NCBI GenBank assembly: GCA_012838305.1
Contig: DUPN01000092.1
Span: 5,315 to 69,314, forward strand
Direction: 5' to 3'
DNA length: 64,000 nt
Source: Bacillota bacterium
GTDB lineage: Bacteria > Bacillota > Limnochordia > Darwinibacteriales > Darwinibacteriaceae
Below, piece after piece: positions 57,016 through 64,000 of this stretch; the first letter of the stretch is position 1; the number at the start of each line of letters is the position of its first letter. Under the pieces are notes generated by a model, which saw only the letters and a list, made by a program, of their open reading frames with translations, had not been told where the DNA came from and did not search any database. Position numbers and translations under genes: made by a program.

Positions 57016-57701
57016 CCTTCGCTCAGGATCAGCCGGGCCAACTCCAGAGGTTCAACTGGGATGCCATGCTTAAAGACCCGCATGTTGCCGCCGGAGATTT
57101 CATCGATCAGGGCGATATGTTGGTCTGGACCGATCCGGCCGAACTCGAATTTGATATCATAGAGATCTAGAGCTCTTTTCTGTAATTCGTTCTTGATGAT
57201 GGAGCCGACTTCCCGGGTAAGATCAAGGAGGATCCGGTATTCGTCTTTGGAGAGGATGCCCAGCATAACAAGGGCATCTTCGCTGATGGGAGGGTCATGT
57301 CTAGCATCATCCTTGAGCGTGATCTCCACAAAGGCATCGAGTGGAGCACCCTGCTCTATATACTTGCCGTAACGTCGGTGAAAGCTCCCTACAGCGCGGT
57401 AGCGGCAGATCACTTCCAAACCTTCACCAAACACCTTTGCGGGCTCCACGGTCATCGTCTTTTTCTCGAGGTCAGCGGAAATAAAGTGGGTGGGCACTCC
57501 CTTTTTATGGAGCAACTCAAAGAAATACTTGGTTAAGCGCAGAGCTGCTTCACCAGCTCCTTCCATGGCTAGTCCCACCTGATTGGCACCTGGATCGAAA
57601 ACCCCGTCTTCTCCCGTTACATCATCCTTAAACGTAAGCAGATAACGGCCGTCTTTTAGTACATGAAGGTCCTTCGTCTTGCCCTTAAATACAAGTTTCA
57701 T
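57012..57701 (-). CDS. purC: phosphoribosylaminoimidazole-succinocarboxamide synthase (SAICAR synthetase) family, standalone paralog
   Basis: 229 aa MKLVFKGKTKDLHVL... with PurC-type ATP-grasp-like motifs. SD AAAGGAG at 9 nt. No flanking pur genes. Confidence 0.75.
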   Translation of the reverse strand: MKLVFKGKTKDLHVLKDGRYLLTFKDDVTGEDGVFDPGANQVGLAMEGAGEAALRLTKYFFELLHKKGVPTHFISADLEKKTMTVEPAKVFGEGLEVICRYRAVGSFHRRYGKYIEQGAPLDAFVEITLKDDARHDPPISEDALVMLGILSKDEYRILLDLTREVGSIIKNELQKRALDLYDIKFEFGRIGPDQHIALIDEISGGNMRVFKHGIPVEPLELARLILSEG

Positions 57702-57992
57702 GGATTTGAACTCCTTTCGGTCCCATTTTATCTAAGTGGCTGGTCCGGATCAATAGTCTTTACCCTGGATCGCATTGAACAAAAAAATTCGAAACAGCTT
57801 TCTGTGAAAAGCGGAAGGCGAATTAGGCACAAGTCCCGGATTCGTGAACTGCTGGGGTTTGGGTAGCCAAAACAGCATAGGACCTTGTTTTGGACCAAGT
57901 CGGGTGCGAAAGGCGAAGAAGGAATTGGGATTCGAAACATGAAGTAAAGGAATAGAAAAGAAAGAGGAAAGAAACAGAGGGAGTGTTCCAAC

Positions 57993-59060
57993 GTGAAGAT
58001 TTCTGTGGTGAAGACTACGACGCCAAGAGTCAAACCGGATCAGAACAATCTAGGCTTCGGAAGGTTTTTCACAGATCATATGTTCATCATGGACTATGCA
58101 GAAGATTTGGGATGGCACGATGCTCGCATTATACCCTATGGGCCGTTTCCCATGGATCCCGCTTGCGCAGTGATGCATTACGGTCAAGCTGTTTTTGAAG
58201 GGATGAAGGCTTACAGAAGTCCTGAGGGCAAAATCCTGCTCTTCCGCCCGGAGCAAAACATGGCTCGACTGAATCGCAGCAACCAGCGCATGTCCATCCC
58301 CCAGTTCGATGAGGACTTTGCCCTGCAGGCCATTACACAACTGGTCGCTTTGGATCGGGATTGGATTCCCGAAGCACCTGGTACAGCCCTGTACCTTAGG
58401 CCGTTCGTTTTTGCCACCGATTCGGTCTTAGGCGTTCGAGCGTCTTCGACCTATAGGTTCATGGTAATTTTGTCTCCTGTGGGACCTTATTACCAAGAAG
58501 GCCTTAATCCAGTGAGCATTTGGGTGGAACCCCATTATATTCGGGCTGTGCGTGGAGGCACAGGCTATGCAAAAGCTGCCGGCAATTACGCAGGCAGTCT
58601 CCTGGCCCAGAAAAACGCACAGGCGAAGGGCTATTCCCAGGTGCTCTGGCTTGATGGTTTAGAACGCAAGTATGTGGAAGAAGTGGGCGCCATGAATGTA
58701 TTCTTTAATATTGGCGGCGTACTGATCACTCCTGATTTGGGAGACAGTATTCTTCCCGGCATTACCAGGGACTCGGTGCTGACCCTGTTGCGATCCTGGG
58801 ATATCCCCACCGAGGAGCGGGATCTGGAGGTGGCAGAGATTTTCCGGGCCCACGCCGAAGGGCGGCTGGTAGAGGCGTTTGGCTGCGGCACGGCAGCGGT
58901 GATCAGCCCCATAGGCCGATTGGGCTGGAAGGATCAGGCCATCGAGATTGGCGGAGGGAAAATTGGTGCCATCAGTCAGAGGCTCTATGACACTGTAACA
59001 GGAATCCAAACGGGCCGGCTGGAGGATCCCTTCGGCTGGGTCTTGGAACTCGACAACTAG
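57993..59060 (+). CDS. ilvE: branched-chain amino acid aminotransferase
   Basis: 355 aa class-IV aminotransferase (GFGRFFTDHMF...EGMKAYR...PLP-lysine GNYAGSL region). GTG start with GAGGGAG SD. Confidence 0.9.
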   Translation: MKISVVKTTTPRVKPDQNNLGFGRFFTDHMFIMDYAEDLGWHDARIIPYGPFPMDPACAVMHYGQAVFEGMKAYRSPEGKILLFRPEQNMARLNRSNQRMSIPQFDEDFALQAITQLVALDRDWIPEAPGTALYLRPFVFATDSVLGVRASSTYRFMVILSPVGPYYQEGLNPVSIWVEPHYIRAVRGGTGYAKAAGNYAGSLLAQKNAQAKGYSQVLWLDGLERKYVEEVGAMNVFFNIGGVLITPDLGDSILPGITRDSVLTLLRSWDIPTEERDLEVAEIFRAHAEGRLVEAFGCGTAAVISPIGRLGWKDQAIEIGGGKIGAISQRLYDTVTGIQTGRLEDPFGWVLELDN

Positions 59061-59090
59061 GATTCGAGTTTTGATGCCATAGAGAAAAGT

Positions 59091-59121
59091 CCCGCTGGAC
59101 GGCGTTTCAGCGGGTTTTTTT
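59091..59121 (+). terminator. intrinsic terminator after ilvE
   Basis: CCCGCTG-(10 nt loop)-CAGCGGG followed by TTTTTTT. Confidence 0.8.
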
Positions 59122-59134
59122 GTGAATCGGGCAG

Positions 59135-59569
59135 CTAGAAGAGGATCATAAGGATCCAAAGGAGTAGTAGTAGGGGAGCGGCGCCGAGGAAGATGGGGAA
59201 GAGCAAGCGCAGAAAGGCCCATCCCAATTTAAAGAACAGCACGACGGGAATAAAGGCTAGGGAGAGGATGAAAATCGGACCTAGCAAACCCAACATAATC
59301 AAGCCGGCAATCAATACGATCAAAATGATGGGTATGGCGACTAAGGTCTTGATCAGCGGTGAATCGCCATCTATTTCGTAGATCACTTCACCACGATCAT
59401 TGACTGTGCGTTTTGGTTTCGAGTTCGCTTGGTAGAGAGCGACTAGTCCCAGGGCAATCAGGACGAGGGGCCAAAAGATATGGGAACTGCGCAGAATTCC
59501 GAGATTGCCGAATAGAAAGTAACCTCCGAAGAGAATCAAAGCTAAGGCACCAAGATGTTTGGGTTCCAT
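59135..59569 (-). CDS. hypothetical small membrane protein (LiaF/PspC-like TM region)
   Basis: 144 aa, four hydrophobic helices with a short charged middle segment. ATG 59569. Confidence 0.5.
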   Translation of the reverse strand: MEPKHLGALALILFGGYFLFGNLGILRSSHIFWPLVLIALGLVALYQANSKPKRTVNDRGEVIYEIDGDSPLIKTLVAIPIILIVLIAGLIMLGLLGPIFILSLAFIPVVLFFKLGWAFLRLLFPIFLGAAPLLLLLWILMILF

Positions 59570-59709
59570 GGCTTGAACCTCCTTTTTTTCTTTAGTATAG
59601 CAAGATAGGAAGCATGGGGCAATTCGCCTCGGGTCTGTTTATTGTTCCGCCTCAAGGCTGAACTGAACAGAAATCTCTGAAGTTAGGCGTACCGAAGGGA
59701 GAGCTGGGT

Positions 59710-60780
59710 TTGGACGAACTAAGAAGTATTGTCCGTGCACATCGTAAACGATATCCCCTCTTAGAGCCAGTGGACTTGGCGAAATTGATCTATCAGAATG
59801 AATTTGGCAATGGTCACTTCATCCAGGATGAGGCGGCAAGTCTAGCCCGTTTGAAGCAAGAAGTAAGTCAGCTGCGTTCCAGCGGTTCCCAGCTCTTTGA
59901 GCCTATTGGCAACGGCCTTGATCGCCTTCATCTAGGGGCGTTAGGTGATACACTGCCCCTAGAGACGGTGCATCGATTCTTTGTTGTCACAGCCGCCGTA
60001 CCGCGCGGCAGCGTCAGGGGTTTTGAGCAGAAACTAGAAGTCTTAAGGGAGCTATGTCCCGACGATTCGCTAGACTCCTTCCTCGCAGGATATCAGCAGG
60101 CTGGGTATCCACTCATCAGCCATAGCACCCGTTATAAGGAAGAATATGCCCCGAGTTATAGGGTAGTGCGTAGTGATTTCGCTTTGTATTATCCAATTTT
60201 CAAAGCGGTGGAAGAGCTGCTGCGCCAGACCGAACGGATCACGGTGGCAATTGATGGGCCAAGCGGTTCGGGGAAAAGCTCCTTAGGTCAACGCCTGCAC
60301 GATGTTTACGGCTGTCCTGTGATCGCCATGGATCACTTTTTCCTCCGACCCGAGCAGCGCACAGAAAAACGTCTCGAAGCGCCCGGAGGTAATATTGACC
60401 ATGAGCGCTTTCAAGCCGAAGTGTTGGAAAAGCTAAGAGGTGGCCGTCCCTTTAGCTATCGGGTCTATGACTGCCAGAGAGATGAGCTGACCAGAACTCA
60501 CACTATCAGCCCCCATCAGCTCACCGTCGTGGAAGGCTGTTACAGCCACCATCCTGCCTTCGTCGGTGACCATGACCTAAGAGTTTTTTTGAAGGTGAGC
60601 CCCAATTTGCAGCGCAGCCGGCTTTTACAGCGCAATGGCCCCGCCATGTTAAAACGGTTTTTGCAGGAGTGGATTCCCCTGGAAGAGCGCTATTTTGCAG
60701 CGTTTGACATTCCGGGGCACAGCCAGATCGTCCTTGATACTGGTGCTAACGGATGGGACGGCCCAAAGGGGGTCTCCTAA
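59710..60780 (+). CDS. P-loop nucleoside/nucleotide kinase family protein (uridine-kinase-like C-terminal domain) with uncharacterised N-terminal domain
   Basis: C-terminal half has Walker A AIDGPSGSGKSS and a uridine/pantothenate-kinase-like fold. The N-terminal ~170 aa has no recognisable family. TTG start with AAGGGAGAG SD. Confidence 0.5.
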   Translation: MDELRSIVRAHRKRYPLLEPVDLAKLIYQNEFGNGHFIQDEAASLARLKQEVSQLRSSGSQLFEPIGNGLDRLHLGALGDTLPLETVHRFFVVTAAVPRGSVRGFEQKLEVLRELCPDDSLDSFLAGYQQAGYPLISHSTRYKEEYAPSYRVVRSDFALYYPIFKAVEELLRQTERITVAIDGPSGSGKSSLGQRLHDVYGCPVIAMDHFFLRPEQRTEKRLEAPGGNIDHERFQAEVLEKLRGGRPFSYRVYDCQRDELTRTHTISPHQLTVVEGCYSHHPAFVGDHDLRVFLKVSPNLQRSRLLQRNGPAMLKRFLQEWIPLEERYFAAFDIPGHSQIVLDTGANGWDGPKGVS

Positions 60781-61356
60781 TCAGAAGACCTTCTCGATCA
60801 GGTCTTTCCTGGAACGCTTGGGAACATAATGGACGCCGCGGTCGTCTCTCCAATAGCGAATATCATCATCGCTCTTGGCTGTAGTCAGTCGAATCTCTTC
60901 ACCAGGAGCACCTAAGGCCACTACAAGCTGAATTTCTAGATGTTCCGCAATGGCGAGGGCTTCACGCAGCCGCGGACGATCGATGGAACCCAAAAGACAA
61001 GCGCCAAAACCCAGCTCACGAGCGCCCAGGAGAATACTTTGGGCCGCGAGACCAATGTCAATTCCTGGACCCTTGGACTTGGCGGGATCGCTCAGGATAA
61101 TGATGTATGCGGTGGGTCGTTCGTCGGGATCCGGGCCAGGCCAATCCTTGAGATAACCGGCCCAGGACAGATGAGAAAACACTTGCGGCAGGACCTCCGG
61201 GTCCCTAACCAAAATGTATTTGAGCGGTTGTCTGTTGGAGGCCGATGGGGCCAACCTGGCTAAGTCAATTAGGCTCTCCAATTGATCCATGCTGGGTGCC
61301 GGGTCTTGCTCAAATCTACGGTAGCTGCGGGTTTCTTTCATCCATTCAATGAACAT
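60781..61356 (-). CDS. nitroreductase family protein
   Basis: 191 aa, SYRRF...SASNRQP FMN-binding motif. SD AAGGAGG at 6 nt. Confidence 0.85.
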   Translation of the reverse strand: MFIEWMKETRSYRRFEQDPAPSMDQLESLIDLARLAPSASNRQPLKYILVRDPEVLPQVFSHLSWAGYLKDWPGPDPDERPTAYIIILSDPAKSKGPGIDIGLAAQSILLGARELGFGACLLGSIDRPRLREALAIAEHLEIQLVVALGAPGEEIRLTTAKSDDDIRYWRDDRGVHYVPKRSRKDLIEKVF

Positions 61357-61556
61357 AAGGTACCTCCTTTGTACTTGGGACTGATGGTGTCAGTTCCAGA
61401 GAACTGTTATGCTTACTTTCTTGAAAGGCAGAGTTTTCCCTTGTGCCGAGAAGAAGCAAATCTTGTAGCAGGAAAAATCAGAAAAGCAAAGAATACTCTA
61501 TTTACTACGCACGAAAGGGGGGATGATGCATCGAAATCAATCACAGGTGGAAATCC

Positions 61557-62225
61557 TTGGTAGACTTGGCGCGACAAGCAGGTTTTGCCGAACTGTACGG
61601 TTTAGTGGAGGAGCTGCACTTCAGGCGGCAAAACCAGAGATGCTGCTTAAAAGACTATGGACTCCAGGCCCAGTTGAAAACCCTCATTCATCTCATTCAC
61701 AGGTATGGCGATCGCCAGGTGCGAGAGGGCAAACCGGACCAACGGATTTTGTCAGACCTAAAGAAGGCTAGCACCCACCTCAATCAAATTGAGCCCCGTG
61801 GTTTGCTCAAGAGGGTGCCCTCTACCCTGCATGTCTCGTGGCCTGAACTATTGACTGCCTTTGGCCTTGTTGTGGGCGAACAGCGTCTCTGGTCGTCTCT
61901 GGGATCTAGACTCAGGCCTTTGGAAAACTATCTGCAAATGCAGCGGTTCCTGTACTTTTTGTTTACTCGCCGCCTACTTCGGAGCCCTGAAGAGCAGAGG
62001 TACAAGCATGTCCTAGAAGAATGGGAACTCGATCAGCTTGGACAGGACCGTCGTGGTCTTAGCGACTGGACCAAGCGTGTACCGCTGCTTCCTCTGCAGT
62101 CGCAGAAGCTGCTCCTCTCTCCGGAGTTACTGTATGACGATTTGCTTGTGAAATACATAGAACTGGCATTGTTCTCGGAAAACCTGCAAACAACAGGACA
62201 TCTGTATGTAGCGGAGCAGCGTTAA
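61557..62225 (+). CDS. hypothetical protein
   Basis: 222 aa ORF with TTG start, no detectable domain, helical and Arg/Leu-rich. Start is uncertain. Confidence 0.4.
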   Translation: MVDLARQAGFAELYGLVEELHFRRQNQRCCLKDYGLQAQLKTLIHLIHRYGDRQVREGKPDQRILSDLKKASTHLNQIEPRGLLKRVPSTLHVSWPELLTAFGLVVGEQRLWSSLGSRLRPLENYLQMQRFLYFLFTRRLLRSPEEQRYKHVLEEWELDQLGQDRRGLSDWTKRVPLLPLQSQKLLLSPELLYDDLLVKYIELALFSENLQTTGHLYVAEQR

Positions 62226-62242
62226 ATTTTGCCCGTAATTAT

Positions 62243-62271
62243 TTGACAAATCTGACGTAGTGATATACAAT
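62243..62271 (+). promoter_or_regulatory. sigma-A-type promoter (TTGACA-17-TACAAT) for the structured leader of the cysteine-desulfidase-family gene
   Basis: TTGACA 62243-62248, 17-nt spacer, TACAAT 62266-62271. Confidence 0.6.
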
Positions 62272-62464
62272 TCGCTTAAAGAGCTCCCGCAAGTTTATGT
62301 GGGGGGGAGGGAAAATGTTGTGGTGAGGTGCCTAGGCAAGGGGGCCCCTAGGTGAGGGAAGAAGCCTTGGTTCAAGCGGAGATAGGTCAACATAGCAGAA
62401 CCTGGCACAAAAAACAAGGATAGACCCCATCGTGTGCAAGGTTCGAAGTAGAGAAAGGCAAACA

Positions 62465-62499
62465 GAGGAGCTTAAGGGAACGGAGCTCCTTTGTTTTTT
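62465..62499 (+). terminator. leader attenuator (intrinsic terminator) within a ~315-nt 5' UTR
   Basis: GAGGAGCT-(11 nt)-AGCTCCTT hairpin followed by TGTTTTTT. About 95 nt upstream of ATG 62593, after a G-rich ~190-nt leader. Confidence 0.6.
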
Positions 62500-62592
62500 A
62501 TGCCTGTAGCCTGGTTTGCGGCAGGAGGTCGAAAAGGGGAGGAGTATAGTAGAATTATAGGAGCATCAACCCTAAACGCCACGAGGTGACGT

Positions 62593-63870
62593 ATGCGTAT
62601 TGAGGTGTCAAAGTATGAGAATTATATCGCTATCTTGCGGGAGGAACTGGTGCCCGCTGTAGGCTGCACCGAGCCGGCGTGTCTTGCCTTGGCCGGAGCT
62701 AAGCTTCGTCAGGTCCTCGGCGAGGTCCCGCAGACGATCACAGTCAAGCTGAGCGGAAACTTAATTAAGAATACTAAGTCCGTAACGATTCCCCATTCTA
62801 GAGGTCTGAAAGGAATTGCAGCCGCGATCTGGCTGGGGATAACGGGTGGAGATCCAGACCTAGGACTCGCTGTGCTCAGTTCCGTCACCGATGGGGATAT
62901 ACGGAATACGGAGATGCTCATGGAAGACGCTGCCCGGTGCAGCGTTGAGCTTTTGGACAGTGGGGCCAAACTGCATCTCGTCCTAGCAGGCACGGGGAGC
63001 CAGAGCCATGCTTTGGTTGAGATTGTAGATACGCATACAAACTTCGTGCGGATCGAAAAGGACGGCCAAGTGCTCTTGGGTCAAGTGACCGGCGCCGATG
63101 AACGGCGCCTAAAGGCGGATCGTTCGCTGCTTAATGTCGATGACATTTTATCCTTCGCTGACTCTGTTCACATCGAGGATGTGGAGCCCATTCTTAGGCC
63201 CCAAATAGAGTACAACACGGCTATTGCGGAGCAAGGGCTGGCGGGGGACTATGGCAGTAATGTGGGCCGGACCCTTATAGAGCATTTCGGAGATGCTGTG
63301 GGCAACGTGGCTCGTGCCTTAGCGGCCGCGGCCTCCGATGCTCGCATGGATGGTTGCCAACTGCCCGTTGTAATCAACTCTGGAAGTGGGAACCAAGGTA
63401 TTGCGGCCTCGATCCCTGTCATTGTCTACGCCCAGCATCACCACTTGCCCGAGGAGAAGCTGCTTCGAGCCCTCTGCGTGAGCAATCTGGTTGCCATCCA
63501 CCAGAAGACTGGCATGGACAGCCTTTCCGCCTATTGCGGAGCGGTGAGCGCGGCCTGCGGTTCCGGCGCGGGCATTGCCTATTTGCTGGGTGGCGATTAT
63601 GAGCAGGTCTCTAGCACCATTACCAATGCCCTGGCGAATGTGGCGGGCATTTTGTGTGACGGGGCCAAGGCATCTTGCGCTGCCAAAATCGCCTCAGCTG
63701 TGGACGCGGCTATTGTGGCACTCACCATGGCTCTTGATGCGTCTAGGTTTGCCGATGGTGATGGCATTGTCAAGGCTGATGTGGAAGAGACCATTGATGT
63801 AGTGCGCAAGATTGCGTCGGAAGGTATGCGTGAGACGGACGTCACAGTGATTCGTCATATGATGAAGTAA
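62593..63870 (+). CDS. L-cysteine desulfidase family protein (UPF0597/YhaM, serine dehydratase-like)
   Basis: 425 aa with VGCTEPACLALAGA N-terminal Cys motif and C-terminal CGSGAG...CDGAKASCAAK region typical of the CdsB/YhaM family. SD GAGGTGA. Confidence 0.8.
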   Translation: MRIEVSKYENYIAILREELVPAVGCTEPACLALAGAKLRQVLGEVPQTITVKLSGNLIKNTKSVTIPHSRGLKGIAAAIWLGITGGDPDLGLAVLSSVTDGDIRNTEMLMEDAARCSVELLDSGAKLHLVLAGTGSQSHALVEIVDTHTNFVRIEKDGQVLLGQVTGADERRLKADRSLLNVDDILSFADSVHIEDVEPILRPQIEYNTAIAEQGLAGDYGSNVGRTLIEHFGDAVGNVARALAAAASDARMDGCQLPVVINSGSGNQGIAASIPVIVYAQHHHLPEEKLLRALCVSNLVAIHQKTGMDSLSAYCGAVSAACGSGAGIAYLLGGDYEQVSSTITNALANVAGILCDGAKASCAAKIASAVDAAIVALTMALDASRFADGDGIVKADVEETIDVVRKIASEGMRETDVTVIRHMMK

Positions 63871-64000
63871 GGGAGACCAGGAAGGATTGGGACGCGAATG
63901 TGTCGAAGGGGGCTATGATGGTTTCAAACGGTTTGCAGTGCTCGTGAACTTTTGAACCAAGATTCTTTGATGATTTAATTGCGCTATGCAACTAAAACAT

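Noticed and set aside
57702-57992. T-box, purine riboswitch or ZTP riboswitch in the ilvE / purC-like intergenic region
   Set aside because: I searched both strands for the T-box GGGTGGNACCGCG element, the purine-aptamer signatures (TTTCTACC...CCGTAAAT) and the ZTP pseudoknot motifs. None are present.
62300-62420. Possible tRNA-like element (GGTTCAAGCGGAG resembles a T-arm) in the leader of the cysteine-desulfidase-family gene
   Set aside because: I could not build an acceptor stem, D-arm or anticodon arm. It is more likely part of the structured leader.

Overview
This 64-kb window reads as ordinary chromosome from a spore-forming, anaerobic Firmicute (Clostridia-like), with GC around 55%. 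The left edge carries a ytvI-like AI-2E transporter; spore-related genes include a LysM/SleB-type cell-wall hydrolase, a SpoIID/LytB protein and the c-di-AMP receptor DarA. I found about 60 protein-coding genes and no rRNA, tRNA, CRISPR array, transposase or integrase. Central-metabolism genes: ackA, hbd, guaB, ilvE, an aroE-aroK fusion, aroC, a chorismate-mutase protein, a purC paralog and a tyrosine phenol-lyase/tryptophanase homolog. Transport and peptidase genes: a heterodimeric ABC exporter pair, an orphan ABC solute-binding protein, an MFS transporter, a CPA2 antiporter, a split LysO/DUF340 exporter, two M3B oligoendopeptidase F paralogs and an M20 peptidase. Other recognisable genes include GH94 phosphorylase, a 5'-3' exonuclease, a DinG-family helicase, an AlaX-type editing protein, a hemolysin III family protein, a PAP2 phosphatase, a nitroreductase and a cysteine desulfidase-family protein. 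Regulators are RpiR, an FNR-like Crp/Fnr protein and an Arc-type RHH protein. The ORF track often over-extends N-termini (it takes the longest GTG/TTG/ATG ORF), so starts were re-derived from Shine-Dalgarno spacing. The most interesting loci follow. 1) 21491-22722: a secreted C39-type cysteine peptidase co-transcribed with a small beta-barrel-like protein ending in ...IVF. 2) 6341-9813: a Cys-containing protein, GT4 glycosyltransferase and DarA operon facing a beta-rich/coiled-coil protein, plausibly a spore-surface module. 3) 44836-45109: a ~240-nt riboswitch-like leader (promoter, duplicated aptamer-like motifs, B12-box-like sequence, intrinsic attenuator) upstream of the orphan solute-binding protein. 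4) 62243-62592: a second promoter-plus-attenuator leader upstream of the cysteine desulfidase-family gene. 5) 35652-38084: a PII-like protein coupled to the antiporter, followed by an FNR-type regulator. 6) 11681-15310: a DUF58-DUF4129-MoxR triad. 7) 53691-57015: unusual aromatic-biosynthesis architectures. I cannot assign a known defence or mobile system to any of these from sequence alone.
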